NCBI GenBank assembly: GCA_038874655.1
Contig: JAVZBY010000002.1
Coordinates: forward strand, 57,335 to 121,334
DNA length: 64,000 bases
DNA from: Candidatus Woesearchaeota archaeon
GTDB taxonomy: Archaea; Nanobdellota; Nanobdellia; Woesearchaeales; GW2011-AR15
Direction of reading: 5' to 3'
Below the pieces are notes generated by a model, which did no database searches, was not told the DNA's origin, and worked only from the letters and a program-made list of their open reading frames with translations. Position numbers and translations under genes: made by a program. Of this stretch, positions 39,401 to 46,744 are shown piece by piece. The first letter of the stretch is position 1. Every line of letters begins with the position of its first letter.

Positions 39401-42400
39401 AATGAGTCCTCTTTTACTACAACAAACCTTGCTTTAAACTTTACAGTAATTGATGCATTAGATAAAATACTAAATTGTGATTTATACTTAAATGGATTTT
39501 TATATCAGCAAAATATTAATGCAAACAATAATTCTAATACAATAATTAATTTAATAAATTTAACACCTAATACTTACAAATGGTTTATTACTTGTATAGA
39601 TGATGCAACAAATATGAATGTTAGTGAAGAATATATATTTTATATATCAGATTTACCTCCAAGTGTCAGCTTATTAACACCTAACAATATTTATTTTAGA
39701 ACACCAAACATTTCATTATTTTATTTTGCTACAGATAATTTAAATATTAATCTATCAACTTTGATATTAAATGGTTATCCTTTTGCATATCAATATAATT
39801 TAGGAACATCAGTAATATCAAGTTTTAATTTAACTTATATGCCAGAGGGATTATATAATTGGACTGTTAATGTTTCTGATTCTAGTAATTTAACAGATCA
39901 AGCCCCATATAGATATTTCACGATAGATTATACAGAACCAATAATTTACATTTATGCTCCAGATAATAATTTGACAATTAATGAAACACAAACAAGAATC
40001 AACTTTACAGTTGTAGATAATTTAGATTTCATGATAATGTGTAATCTCACTATAAATAATCAAATTGCTCAAACAAACATACCAGCAATTAATAATTCTT
40101 TTGTTTCATATTTAATTACAAATTTCTATGATGGTTTAAATTATTGGAATTTAACATGTTTTGATGATGCAGGTAATTATATCACTTCTGAAACGAGGAT
40201 ACTAAATGTTAGTGCTCCTCCAAATGTTGTTTTAAATTATCCCTTTAATAATCATTTCCAAAACCAACAAAATATAACTTTATATTATACACCACAAGAT
40301 AATGTTAATTTATCTGTCTGTGAATTATTTATTAATGGTCAATATAATCAATCAAACATTGAAATAACAAATGGAGTACAAAATACATTTGAATTAACAT
40401 CCTTAAGTGAAAACATATACTCTTGGTCTGTAAGATGTAATGATACTTCTAATCTTTCAACAATGTCAGAAACAAGAATATTTACAATAGATTTGACAAA
40501 GCCAACAATTTATTTATTATATCCAAATAATGGTGATACTATTTATGGAAAATGGACCAATTTTAATTTTAGTGTTATTGATAACTTTGATATAAACTTA
40601 TCTTGTAATATTACAGTTGACGGATTAATAAGAAAATCTAATTTACCTGTTTTGAATAACACACCAACTAATTTTACAATAAATGTAAGTGATGAAGGTC
40701 CTCACACATGGTATATAACCTGTATAGATGATGCAACTAATTTTAATGTCAGTGAAACAAGAAATTATTTCACAACAAATCCGCCAGAAGTGCAATTAGT
40801 TTTCCCTAATAATGGAGCAATTATTAATTATAACTTAATTAATTTCACTTATATACCGATTGATGATAATTTAGCAAGTGCAACCTTAATTTTAAATGGA
40901 CTAAGAAATGAAACAAATACTACTTTATACAATGAACTAGAGAATTATTTCAGAATTTATTTAACAGATGGAATTTATAATTGGACTGTCAATGTAACAG
41001 ACGCAACAAATCTTTATACAATGCCTGATGTATTAACTTTTACAATAGATTCAACACCTCCATTAATAACAATACATCATCCTGCTGGTTTTGAAATATT
41101 AGATTGGAATAATATCACCTTCAACTTTACTGTGAGTGATAATTTATTTCAACCAATTTATTGTAATATAAGTATTAATTCAGTTCCACAATTTACTAAT
41201 ATTCCAGTAAATAATAATTCCAATGTAATTAGATATTATTCTCTAAATGATGGTACTCATTCATGGCAAGTTAGATGTATTGATTTAACAAATAATACTG
41301 CAATACAAACACAGAATTTCATAGTAGAAGCACCACCAAGAGTAAATCTAATAAATCCAGTAAATCAAACAAGAACAACACAACAATCTTTTAATTTCCA
41401 ATATTTACCCTATGATGTCTTTGGTCTTTATAATTGTACTTTAATATTAGATAATAAATTAAATGAATCTAGTTCCTCTATATTGAATAACCAAATTAAC
41501 ACTTTATTTGTTTCATATATACCAGAAGGTTTACATAATTGGACAGTAAGATGTATTGATAATCCTCCAGATTATAATTCATATCAGCCAGAACCTTGGC
41601 AATTTAGAATTGACTTAACAGGACCAACAATAATTCTAAAATATCCTATGCAAGACCAAACATTTAATTTAAACAATATTACTTTTAATTACACGGCAAT
41701 TGATTCTGATAATATTATAATTGATTGTAATATATCTGTGTCAGACCCATATGGAAATAGATTAAATGCAACTTCAATGCCTGCAGGATATGATCATATA
41801 ATAACTATAACAAATCTTGCAGATGGAGATCATTATTGGAATGTTACTTGTGTAGATGATCTAGGAAATGTTAATACAAGTGAAACAAGAAGATTTATTA
41901 TTAATCAACCAGATTTATTTACAAATAATAATCTTGTTTTCCTAAACAACATAAATCCAGATTTATATGAAAACATTACAATTTCCATAAATGTATCAAA
42001 TATAGGTGGACAACCAGCAAACAATGTTTTAGTAAACTTCTATGATGGAAATCCGAATTTAGGTGGCTTATTTATAGGTAATGATACTAACTCAGTTGCA
42101 ATAAACCAAACTATTGCATTTACAACATCATGGCTAATAACACCAGGTTATCATACAATTTACATTAGTGTAGATCCATATAATCAGATTTCTGAATTAG
42201 ATGAAACTAATAATAATGCAACAATTAATATAAGTGTATTATGGGCTAACATTACAAATCCAAAAAATCAATCCTGGTTTAATACATTAATAGTTCCAAT
42301 AAACTTTACTGCATATGATTACACAGGAAATTCAATTACTTATATTGTTTTAATTGATAATACTCCTAATGGTCAAAATGGTTATGTAATTGATAGCATA

Positions 42401-44860
42401 AATAATGAATTAAATGTTTCATTTACACAAGGCATACATACAATAAAAATTAGAGTTAATGACACTTATTATTACTTAGGAAACACATTACAAAGAATAA
42501 AAGATTCATTGCCCATAATTTTATACATTGATACAACTCCACCAACAATTACATTTAATACATTTAATTTAACATGGTTTAATTCAGAGCCAATAATAAA
42601 CTTCACTATAACAGATAATTTAGATAATTTAATTAATTATATAATTTATATAAATAATAATCCAGTTACATCTGGATCAGCAAATTCAAGCCCACAAAAC
42701 ATAACAATATATAATTTACAAAATGGAACTTATGAAATCTATATAGAAGCATTTGACGAAGCACTTAATTATAGAAATTCCTCTGTATTAACAATTTATC
42801 TAGATACTGTAAAGCCAACAATCTACTTATTGGCACCTCAAAATGGAATCTCTTTATTAGCTAATTATACAACCTTTAATTTTTCAGTAATTGATAATTT
42901 AGACACATTATTACAATGTAATTTAACAATTGATGCTAAAGTGAATGTTTCAAACATATATGCTTATAATAATTCTATAAATAGCACAGCTGTTTATAAT
43001 TTAAGAGAAGGCACTCATTATTGGAATGTTAGTTGTTGGGATGGCAACTTAATAACACCTGTAAGTTTAATAAACACTTCAGAAACATATTACTTCAATG
43101 TATATAATCCACCTATAATAAAGCTAATACAACCAGAAAACAACAATTGGACAAATAACCCAGAAGTTATTTTCTTCTTTAATGTTAGTGAGGAAACAGG
43201 ATTGCAAAACTGCTCTATTTTATTAAATGGAATTATTCAAAATACAAAACAAGGTAATTTACTTAATAAAAATGGTTTAAATAATATAACTTTAACAAAC
43301 TTAAATGGCACATATTCTTGGCAAATTGAGTGTTATGATAATACAACAATTTATAATTATGCAATCTCAGAATCAAGAACTTTAAATGTTGATTTAGATG
43401 CACCGATTCCTTATATAGAAACATTAAATAATACTTGGTTTAATTATAATAATCCCTTAATCTATTTTAATATATCTGATAACATGGCTTCAATAATTAA
43501 TTATACTTTTTATGTGAATTCAACACAAAACAGACAAGGCAGTGTAAATAATGCAACATCCACATCTATTAATTTAAATCCAATTCAAGATGGTTATTAT
43601 TTATTAACATTAGAGGCATTTGACTATGCTTACAATAGAAGAAATAGTTCCTCTATAACAATTTTTGTTGATACAACTAAACCAACAATAAGTTTATTAT
43701 CTCCAATTAATGGATTCAGCACATCAGATACAAATATATTGTTTAACTTTACATCATTAGATAATTTAGCAAAAACAATGATATGTAATTTAACAGTTGA
43801 CAATCAAATTATTAAATCATTCAACACGACATCAGGGTTATCTAATTACACTTATTTAAATATGGCAGCAGGTATTCATTATTGGAATGTATCCTGTTCA
43901 GATTTAGTTGGTAATTTCAATACAAGTGAAACATATTACTTTATAATCCCATTGCCTGATTTATATGTATCAGCAGATTATATCCTCTTTAATACAACAG
44001 CACCAGAAGAAAATACAAATATAACTATAAATGCAACAATCTTTAATATAGGAAACACAACTGCATACAATGTTACAATACAATTCTGGGATGGTCACTA
44101 TTTAAATGGAACACAAATTAATGGAAATTTTACATATAATATTTCAGCAGGCCAAAACATAACTATTAATTTATCATGGAAAGTAAGTTCTGTAGGAGAC
44201 CACTTTATCTATGTTATAGCTGATCCACCCTTACAAACAAATGGAACGATTAAAGAATCTAATGAAACAAATAATTATGCATATAAACTTATAATTGTTG
44301 GTAGTTATACATATATTTATGGTAATTTCTCAGGATTCCTAAATTTAAAGGACTTAAACAATATAACTGTCTATCAATGGGATATTAATGATTTAAACGG
44401 TTCAAAAATATTTGCTGTTGATTATGATAGTATTATAGATTGGCAGAAATTACAAGCAATCTCTAGAGATATTTATAATAACTATGTGTCTAATGACTTT
44501 TATGAAATAGATTTAGCATTAAGAATGGAAAATAACTCTGATTCTATAAATAAAACATGGATCTATAATAATAATCCTTATTACACAAAAAATTATAATG
44601 TTTTCCTCAATAATATACAAAATATTCCTTTTATTAACTCAACAAATACTACAAATTTCCAAACAGGTATTTTATGGGATTACTCTGATGGAAACACGCA
44701 ATATAATGGGACACAGGATTTAGTATTTTTTACAATTGTTAATATAAATCAAACAGGAATACATGGAAAATATGACTACGAATTAAGAGTTCCAGCAAAC
44801 TTAAGATATTATAAACAACCAAATATAGCTACAATTGCATTATATACAGAATTAAAATAA
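30470..44860 (+). CDS. Giant (4,796 aa) secreted, sequon-rich, multi-repeat adhesin-like surface protein
   Basis: A single uninterrupted 14.4-kb ORF. N-terminal signal FVSLFLIILIIVISIVIINAQN. Four macro-repeats ending in C.GGECG(D/N).NA.LDP. About 15 Ig-like ~95-aa repeats. Two CARDB-like domains (ITISINVSNIGGQPANNVLVNFYDG..ETNNNATINISV and ITINATIFNIGNTTAYNVTIQFWDG..ETNNYAYKLIIV). I see no C-terminal TM. Confidence 0.9.
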   Translation: MNSEKNYPKFVSLFLIILIIVISIVIINAQNLLENNYIKINKKEFFLGETVEIELLINDLNNINIDLYTPNAIYKYPFPSKIIKYKPILEGNYRLVVLKNKEILTTTTFFVKKNEYNLIEEILNQSTIKNNEETENLLDINKPNLITDKETYLLNQEVIISINNLSIDDLSNYNLIINSSNTIINYIDLKSNTIKFFPKKQGIYTLILISKKSNEEIAKKEISVNSFNQQFNNEISLNYDNKTNSINNNIDNQKEIMINQSIEYSDNLFNNSKNIEQLNRQYNNLPFKIKNSKNYFLIANITISNKRLKNLSLDTFSFINLSDDLYDIEIQPNIRQIRKIKLHNVSFKGNFDLGLEEIDSQATKFKDIKKAIAIDPSKINFTNGFIEINATSDVLLKCKDWNFTEQKCFGKFELIKTLNKGQTYFIDINSTDPAYYELGLASINTNKSLYKENETAQIWIVALDYTGHLISNANITLQIISPNNEIFIFSTDSNISQIELGIYELNFTTKEQGNYTIFANVYSNLINTTLFSFFSVVDYYEFEIIRKSPLTTDPWRDTFTTKLKIISNNHNGLFNLTEKIPIGFEIIETDAIITNDSNYYYLTWNNLQNNSEVNYTALAPFITPAVYEFKSFVSYEMNNQSLIFNEAKPWFLAVDPIMYTQVCQAQINSVGQNTFGSACDGVYPSSCSATGDLLTCNDNFFETHTGTNTNRWAGVRISAYDSTIRDCVSITRVELCYEWWRDIGFSNARIAVDRNNWASPTTVTTTLPGTTANPGVTCADVTSLEAWTCDNFDGTGQAAQAVAQAQRDNSGSTRTLYIDVLFFNVTYLRDYPPNITQNRPPSYYYNDTFSPINITFNCSAVDDIRVSNISLYITNLNNNSFALNQSCNILATSGSCQWTLLLPSGNYTWNCLAYDNRTQGTWGTNRTIIINYTMPPTPKINSYSCEINTLNNWQPCNTIAYGNTILRVRANCTTDSGLITNTTFLLYNLPDNIYLLNGTSTTQTSGYYIYDNPDLQITDSGYFNLSVQCFNSFNKNQTNTTAWNLAWGTLSSQLIYPFEPISVPQNSTFNFTSRLTCLGGECGDVNATLDPIYIVLFNHTFETGLEDFIWLDDIYGTNQPTQSEGYVTNRIFCPNGFCLFGDLHTVNNSNTGPWSGGFNKTFNLTSYTYGLKANITVNITFDYNLIIDQTTEAGEYVYLYYRNITSKTSVQGPNIQGSGAGGTDEVFENVSGRISLIFYNVSDVFSFDVGCYMTDTNANDEDGGCFIDNILIQATVELNKGKISNIPGTKPFWTLSPNPYTEANLACLRNMIAGQSCNTTWVVNATGPLYTTWDFFVLYEPTEYSSYLSFNKSKSVNITITDMVRPVITFVQCQRNSTSWVSCDSIKYNEYISGVRGTCTYTEGIITSMSFNLKNQFYNRTYFDVSTTDNSTNYWTSTFSPIRVNNSGNFALYSRCYANSLFGDYSLNWSLPYGTIYISWINLSSEVNVTQNKFSNFSVLLTCQGGECINISAFIDPEIGQQFALMTFDGSTNFPLRDGLCNTATDTCALSNPWDDFDNCIAGNGQYGICASRYAGSGGTERGLLCQGCDRNNAGNTGGLYISLNSTPCGGYPCQYIFISYYQAVQSMDAANEGSVVLVRDNDGIWREVSRCIDNDLCDCDRIAGCTLATIGQYAQYVNVNLCDIPGIDCTQPLDIFFTSYATNVNQGTGDYFMWDQINITGYLPKGIISYGSGSPFYTTYANPVYRQNNSCLAYLDVGQSCIITWPVNATGNLNSLHEFYVNATTFNNQTTQSSIIDVRITDNKLPYVSFITLNPINPTSYDNLNCSFIINDANYFDKLYANITWYRNDIVYSNQMISINNNQLTSVILSSSNTNNGEVWHCGITPYDETVYGNQLNSTKVNILISQPPIISNVQCQRNSTSWVSCSDIKFNDILTMVRAQCIDLDGYVMNVTFNLTNFEDKYLFFKNTTYMPESGYYYFNNTDILIRDSGNFNLSVSCIDDTNVETVYYLTWLVPFGKLKGQWLNPPNINVNVTRYKLSNFSVRIICEGGECGNITAVLDPLILYPQANMDFESPTNFPLATGQCGTGAGWQCADSSPWDDFDNCIGGNGVYGICASTEANSGETGIRGLECRGCDRADALNQGGLYINIPARSCNDYVCEQINISFYQIVQSMDNANEGSAVLVRDEDGIWRNLTTCMDNQPRCDCDVIPGCTRAEMGAYAQFFKKDLCQVPGINCSQNISILFTSYNLINHGTDDYFAWDKILVEKYGQKGIIPVGSGFPFYVIENNPRTWNDFSCLYNMTSGDSCEITWQVNATGNYNKTHEFFAYFNSTYSAIELNETKHIYVTITDNFPPRVTYVEIGPEVALNDTDIYCSFIITDPNYFDSLWANITWYRNKTFYFNQQVPISINTLTQVYLLANNTEPGEYWHCGVTPFDGSIYGNQVNSTNLTIYLYPPPSINSIQCNVNGLWKDCKNILYFTNFSAIRTNCSSNEGMVNATFNFTNIPDNKVFFNNLTTTYSNGYFIFDFEDINITDSGEMEIYAKCIDNVNQVVYGKVNWTILWGTLTASLVYPDSDTSVQRNNFFTFQARVTCSGGECGNINATLDPYTNSTIYDFKQGYNIDKFAWVIDSNNNPPESLPNSRTALTLAQVALINVSDNNRYTMPDPGAGDWISLDMIMNIKEKREDITKMQFYFEGYPNIASTLQIYAWNFNTNTWNSLGTQSFSTGSDQIMTVNITSNILNYINASNNNIRWLLLNTLTSEYILVDYVYVNITYNAYKGIIPRQEGAIPFYTRDYNPKDYTNQSCLGNMISGQSCIASWLVNATGPLGSTHEFFVYFNATNYSQYIMPKETTHIFITITDSTLVPPIVILNDPQDNLYTNNQNIIFNCSVTDNFNLKNISLVADFNGIFDINETYQITGTSNTSLFYKYLDDGKYIWNCLAYDSDNNLDWGNSNRTLTIDTKEPTIILNNPLNESSFTTTNLALNFTVIDALDKILNCDLYLNGFLYQQNINANNNSNTIINLINLTPNTYKWFITCIDDATNMNVSEEYIFYISDLPPSVSLLTPNNIYFRTPNISLFYFATDNLNINLSTLILNGYPFAYQYNLGTSVISSFNLTYMPEGLYNWTVNVSDSSNLTDQAPYRYFTIDYTEPIIYIYAPDNNLTINETQTRINFTVVDNLDFMIMCNLTINNQIAQTNIPAINNSFVSYLITNFYDGLNYWNLTCFDDAGNYITSETRILNVSAPPNVVLNYPFNNHFQNQQNITLYYTPQDNVNLSVCELFINGQYNQSNIEITNGVQNTFELTSLSENIYSWSVRCNDTSNLSTMSETRIFTIDLTKPTIYLLYPNNGDTIYGKWTNFNFSVIDNFDINLSCNITVDGLIRKSNLPVLNNTPTNFTINVSDEGPHTWYITCIDDATNFNVSETRNYFTTNPPEVQLVFPNNGAIINYNLINFTYIPIDDNLASATLILNGLRNETNTTLYNELENYFRIYLTDGIYNWTVNVTDATNLYTMPDVLTFTIDSTPPLITIHHPAGFEILDWNNITFNFTVSDNLFQPIYCNISINSVPQFTNIPVNNNSNVIRYYSLNDGTHSWQVRCIDLTNNTAIQTQNFIVEAPPRVNLINPVNQTRTTQQSFNFQYLPYDVFGLYNCTLILDNKLNESSSSILNNQINTLFVSYIPEGLHNWTVRCIDNPPDYNSYQPEPWQFRIDLTGPTIILKYPMQDQTFNLNNITFNYTAIDSDNIIIDCNISVSDPYGNRLNATSMPAGYDHIITITNLADGDHYWNVTCVDDLGNVNTSETRRFIINQPDLFTNNNLVFLNNINPDLYENITISINVSNIGGQPANNVLVNFYDGNPNLGGLFIGNDTNSVAINQTIAFTTSWLITPGYHTIYISVDPYNQISELDETNNNATINISVLWANITNPKNQSWFNTLIVPINFTAYDYTGNSITYIVLIDNTPNGQNGYVIDSINNELNVSFTQGIHTIKIRVNDTYYYLGNTLQRIKDSLPIILYIDTTPPTITFNTFNLTWFNSEPIINFTITDNLDNLINYIIYINNNPVTSGSANSSPQNITIYNLQNGTYEIYIEAFDEALNYRNSSVLTIYLDTVKPTIYLLAPQNGISLLANYTTFNFSVIDNLDTLLQCNLTIDAKVNVSNIYAYNNSINSTAVYNLREGTHYWNVSCWDGNLITPVSLINTSETYYFNVYNPPIIKLIQPENNNWTNNPEVIFFFNVSEETGLQNCSILLNGIIQNTKQGNLLNKNGLNNITLTNLNGTYSWQIECYDNTTIYNYAISESRTLNVDLDAPIPYIETLNNTWFNYNNPLIYFNISDNMASIINYTFYVNSTQNRQGSVNNATSTSINLNPIQDGYYLLTLEAFDYAYNRRNSSSITIFVDTTKPTISLLSPINGFSTSDTNILFNFTSLDNLAKTMICNLTVDNQIIKSFNTTSGLSNYTYLNMAAGIHYWNVSCSDLVGNFNTSETYYFIIPLPDLYVSADYILFNTTAPEENTNITINATIFNIGNTTAYNVTIQFWDGHYLNGTQINGNFTYNISAGQNITINLSWKVSSVGDHFIYVIADPPLQTNGTIKESNETNNYAYKLIIVGSYTYIYGNFSGFLNLKDLNNITVYQWDINDLNGSKIFAVDYDSIIDWQKLQAISRDIYNNYVSNDFYEIDLALRMENNSDSINKTWIYNNNPYYTKNYNVFLNNIQNIPFINSTNTTNFQTGILWDYSDGNTQYNGTQDLVFFTIVNINQTGIHGKYDYELRVPANLRYYKQPNIATIALYTELK
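33704..38272 (+). repeat. In-frame macro-repeat region of the giant gene, delimited by four GGEC anchors
   Basis: GG(T/A/G)GG(T/A)GAATG(T/C) occurs at 33704, 34982, 36619 and 38261, giving spacings of 1278, 1637 and 1642 nt. Units 2 and 3 are collinear paralogues and share a 27-nt perfect match (35125..35151 = 36766..36792). Confidence 0.9.
39070..43950 (+). repeat. Array of about 15 Ig-like coding repeats (~280-290 nt each), largely alternating between two types
   Basis: Type A: PP.V.L..P.N...(F/Y)..(D)N..L..C.L.(L/I)NG...Y.W.V.C.D.SN. Type B: (K/E)PTI.L..P.NG......NF.V.DNLD....CN(L/I)T(V/I)(D/N)...H.W.(V/I)(T/S)C.D.A.N. Approximate starts are 39070, 39369, 39655, 39936, 40213, 40497, 40780, 41052, 41330, 41620, 42241, 42534, 42808, 43105, 43390 and 43675. 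Confidence 0.85.
44300..44857 (+). other. C-terminal tail module of the giant protein, homologous to the small secreted proteins at 52654 and 53556
   Basis: YIYGNFSGFLNLKD..VYQWD..IIDWQKLQAI..DSINKTW..FQTGILWD..LVFFT..KYDYELRVPANL..IALYTELK. Confidence 0.8.
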
Positions 44861-44881
44861 AAATTTAAAATAAAAACTAAA

Positions 44882-46744
44882 ATGAAAAATAAAAACATAA
44901 TAAGAATTACTTTATTTTTATTTGTTTTAATATTATTTAGTTTTATTATTGTTATTTATATTGCAAAAGCACAATGTCAATTAAAAGAAATTCCGTTTTT
45001 TGAATTAAATGAAGGGGACATTTTTAATTATACTTTAAATTTTGTAAATCAAAACATTTCTGAAAAAGGATTATCAGAAATTAAAATTTCACTTATAAAG
45101 ATAAATTCTTCAATAAATCCTGTGATTAAAAATAATCTAATTAATTTTAAAGCAGATCAAAACTCAGGAAACAAAAATTCGTTTTTAATTGTTTCAACAA
45201 TGGAAAATGGGTGCTATGATGTTAAGAAATTTGATTTTTTTGTTTATTTAAAACCTAAAATTATGGAAAAAAACCCAATAGAGGATTATTTAGAAATTTA
45301 TGAGACACAATCAATAAAATTTTATGCTTCAGCATATTCTTTTTATGATACTGATGTAAAAACAGAGTGGTATTTAAATGGAATTAAACAAAAAGAGAGT
45401 TCTAATTCTTATATCTTTTTCACAAATTATAGTTCAAAAGGATTATTCACATTAGAATATGTTGCAAAAGATAAAAGGCAAAACACAACAATAAAATGGT
45501 TAATAAATGTAAAAGATAAAAATAGAAAACCTATTTTAAGATTTAATATTCCTGACTTTGTTTTAACAAATTATACAAGAGGAAGATTATTGAATTTAAA
45601 TGATTACTTTCAAGATCCAGATTTAGACAAATTAAAATTTGAATTAGTTTATTTTGATAAAATTAATAATTCTATTAAAGAAAAGTCCTATGAAATTTTT
45701 AATTTTAGTATTAAAGATAATGGTGATTTTGAAGTTTATCCAATTAAAAACATTTATTTAACAGAATATCTTAAAGTAATTGCTTATGATTTTCAAGGAG
45801 AAAAAGCAGAAAGCAATATTTTCTTTATGAAATTAGTTAATTCAGATAATATAAGTTATATCTTTCTAAATACTTCAAAAAAAGAACAATGTAAACCAAA
45901 TATACAATGTACAGAATGGAGTCCATGTTTGATTACAAACATTAGAACAAGAGAATGTTTTGATGTAAATAATTGTAATTCAGAGAACACTACAATTACA
46001 GAAACAATGCATTGTGATTATAATGCTACTTGTAATGATGGAATTTTGAATCAAGGTGAAGAAAAAGTTGATTGTGGTGGCCCATGTGAACCCTGTCCAA
46101 CTTGTGATGATGGTATTTTAAATCAAGGTGAAGAAAAGGTTGATTGCGGCGGTCCTTGTCAAGCTTGCGAAAATTGTTATGATGGTATAAAAAATCAAAA
46201 TGAAATATTTACCGATTGCGGTGGTCTATGTAAAAGTTGTTTATTATTAGATATTATTAACTTCATAAAAAGTTATTATTATTTAGCATTTATATTTATA
46301 TTTTTATTAATTATAAAAATCTATTCAAAAAACATTAGTAGTTCTGATAAAATAAAAAATTATATCTTTTATTCAAAACTATTTAATTTTTTACCTAAAA
46401 AAATTCCAGAAAATTATAAAGAGATTTTTACTCAAACAATTTCAGATTTAACAAGCATAAAAAATGATATTTTAAATCTTGAAGATAAAGAAAAAATAAA
46501 AGAGAAATTTTATAATATTATAGATAACTTTTACAAAAATTTTTTAGAATTAGATCTTGTAAATAATATTACTGTAAAAAATTCTTCAAAAAAAATAATA
46601 AATCCCTTTTTAAGAGAATTAATCTTGTTATTGTATTATGATACAAGAGATATTTCAGTTGAATCACCTTTTTATAGAATTGAGTTAAATGAAAAAATAG
46701 ATCAAACAATTGCAATATTAAATAAGATTAGGGATTTATTATGA
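44882..46744 (+). CDS. Surface protein: signal, Ig/cadherin-like region, TSR-like Cys motif, 3x CxDGxxNQxExxxDCGGxC mini-domains, TM, cytoplasmic tail
   Basis: LNLNDYFQDPDLDKLKFEL (cadherin-like). QCTEWSPCLITNIRTRECFDVNNC. CNDGILNQGEEKVDCGGPCEPC, CDDGILNQGEEKVDCGGPCQAC and CYDGIKNQNEIFTDCGGLCKSC. TM YYLAFIFIFLLIIKIY. Confidence 0.75.
   Translation: MKNKNIIRITLFLFVLILFSFIIVIYIAKAQCQLKEIPFFELNEGDIFNYTLNFVNQNISEKGLSEIKISLIKINSSINPVIKNNLINFKADQNSGNKNSFLIVSTMENGCYDVKKFDFFVYLKPKIMEKNPIEDYLEIYETQSIKFYASAYSFYDTDVKTEWYLNGIKQKESSNSYIFFTNYSSKGLFTLEYVAKDKRQNTTIKWLINVKDKNRKPILRFNIPDFVLTNYTRGRLLNLNDYFQDPDLDKLKFELVYFDKINNSIKEKSYEIFNFSIKDNGDFEVYPIKNIYLTEYLKVIAYDFQGEKAESNIFFMKLVNSDNISYIFLNTSKKEQCKPNIQCTEWSPCLITNIRTRECFDVNNCNSENTTITETMHCDYNATCNDGILNQGEEKVDCGGPCEPCPTCDDGILNQGEEKVDCGGPCQACENCYDGIKNQNEIFTDCGGLCKSCLLLDIINFIKSYYYLAFIFIFLLIIKIYSKNISSSDKIKNYIFYSKLFNFLPKKIPENYKEIFTQTISDLTSIKNDILNLEDKEKIKEKFYNIIDNFYKNFLELDLVNNITVKNSSKKIINPFLRELILLLYYDTRDISVESPFYRIELNEKIDQTIAILNKIRDLL
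46031..46240 (+). repeat. Three tandem in-frame copies (72, 72 and 66 nt) of the CxDGxxNQxExxxDCGGxCxxC mini-domain
   Basis: Copies start at the TGT codons at 46031, 46103 and 46175. Copies 1 and 2 are nearly identical at the protein level. Confidence 0.9.

Noticed and set aside
39070-44290. Regular ~280-nt periodicity that could be mistaken for a CRISPR-like or satellite array
   Set aside because: The period is far too long for CRISPR repeats and the repeats are diverged. They are in frame within the giant ORF and translate into Ig-like domains. No short identical direct repeats with unique spacers occur anywhere in the window.
30470-44860. Diversity-generating retroelement or other targeted hypervariation acting on the repeated modules
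   Set aside because: The window has no reverse transcriptase, no template-repeat/variable-repeat pair with adenine-specific differences, and no invertase. The paralogous modules differ at all base types.
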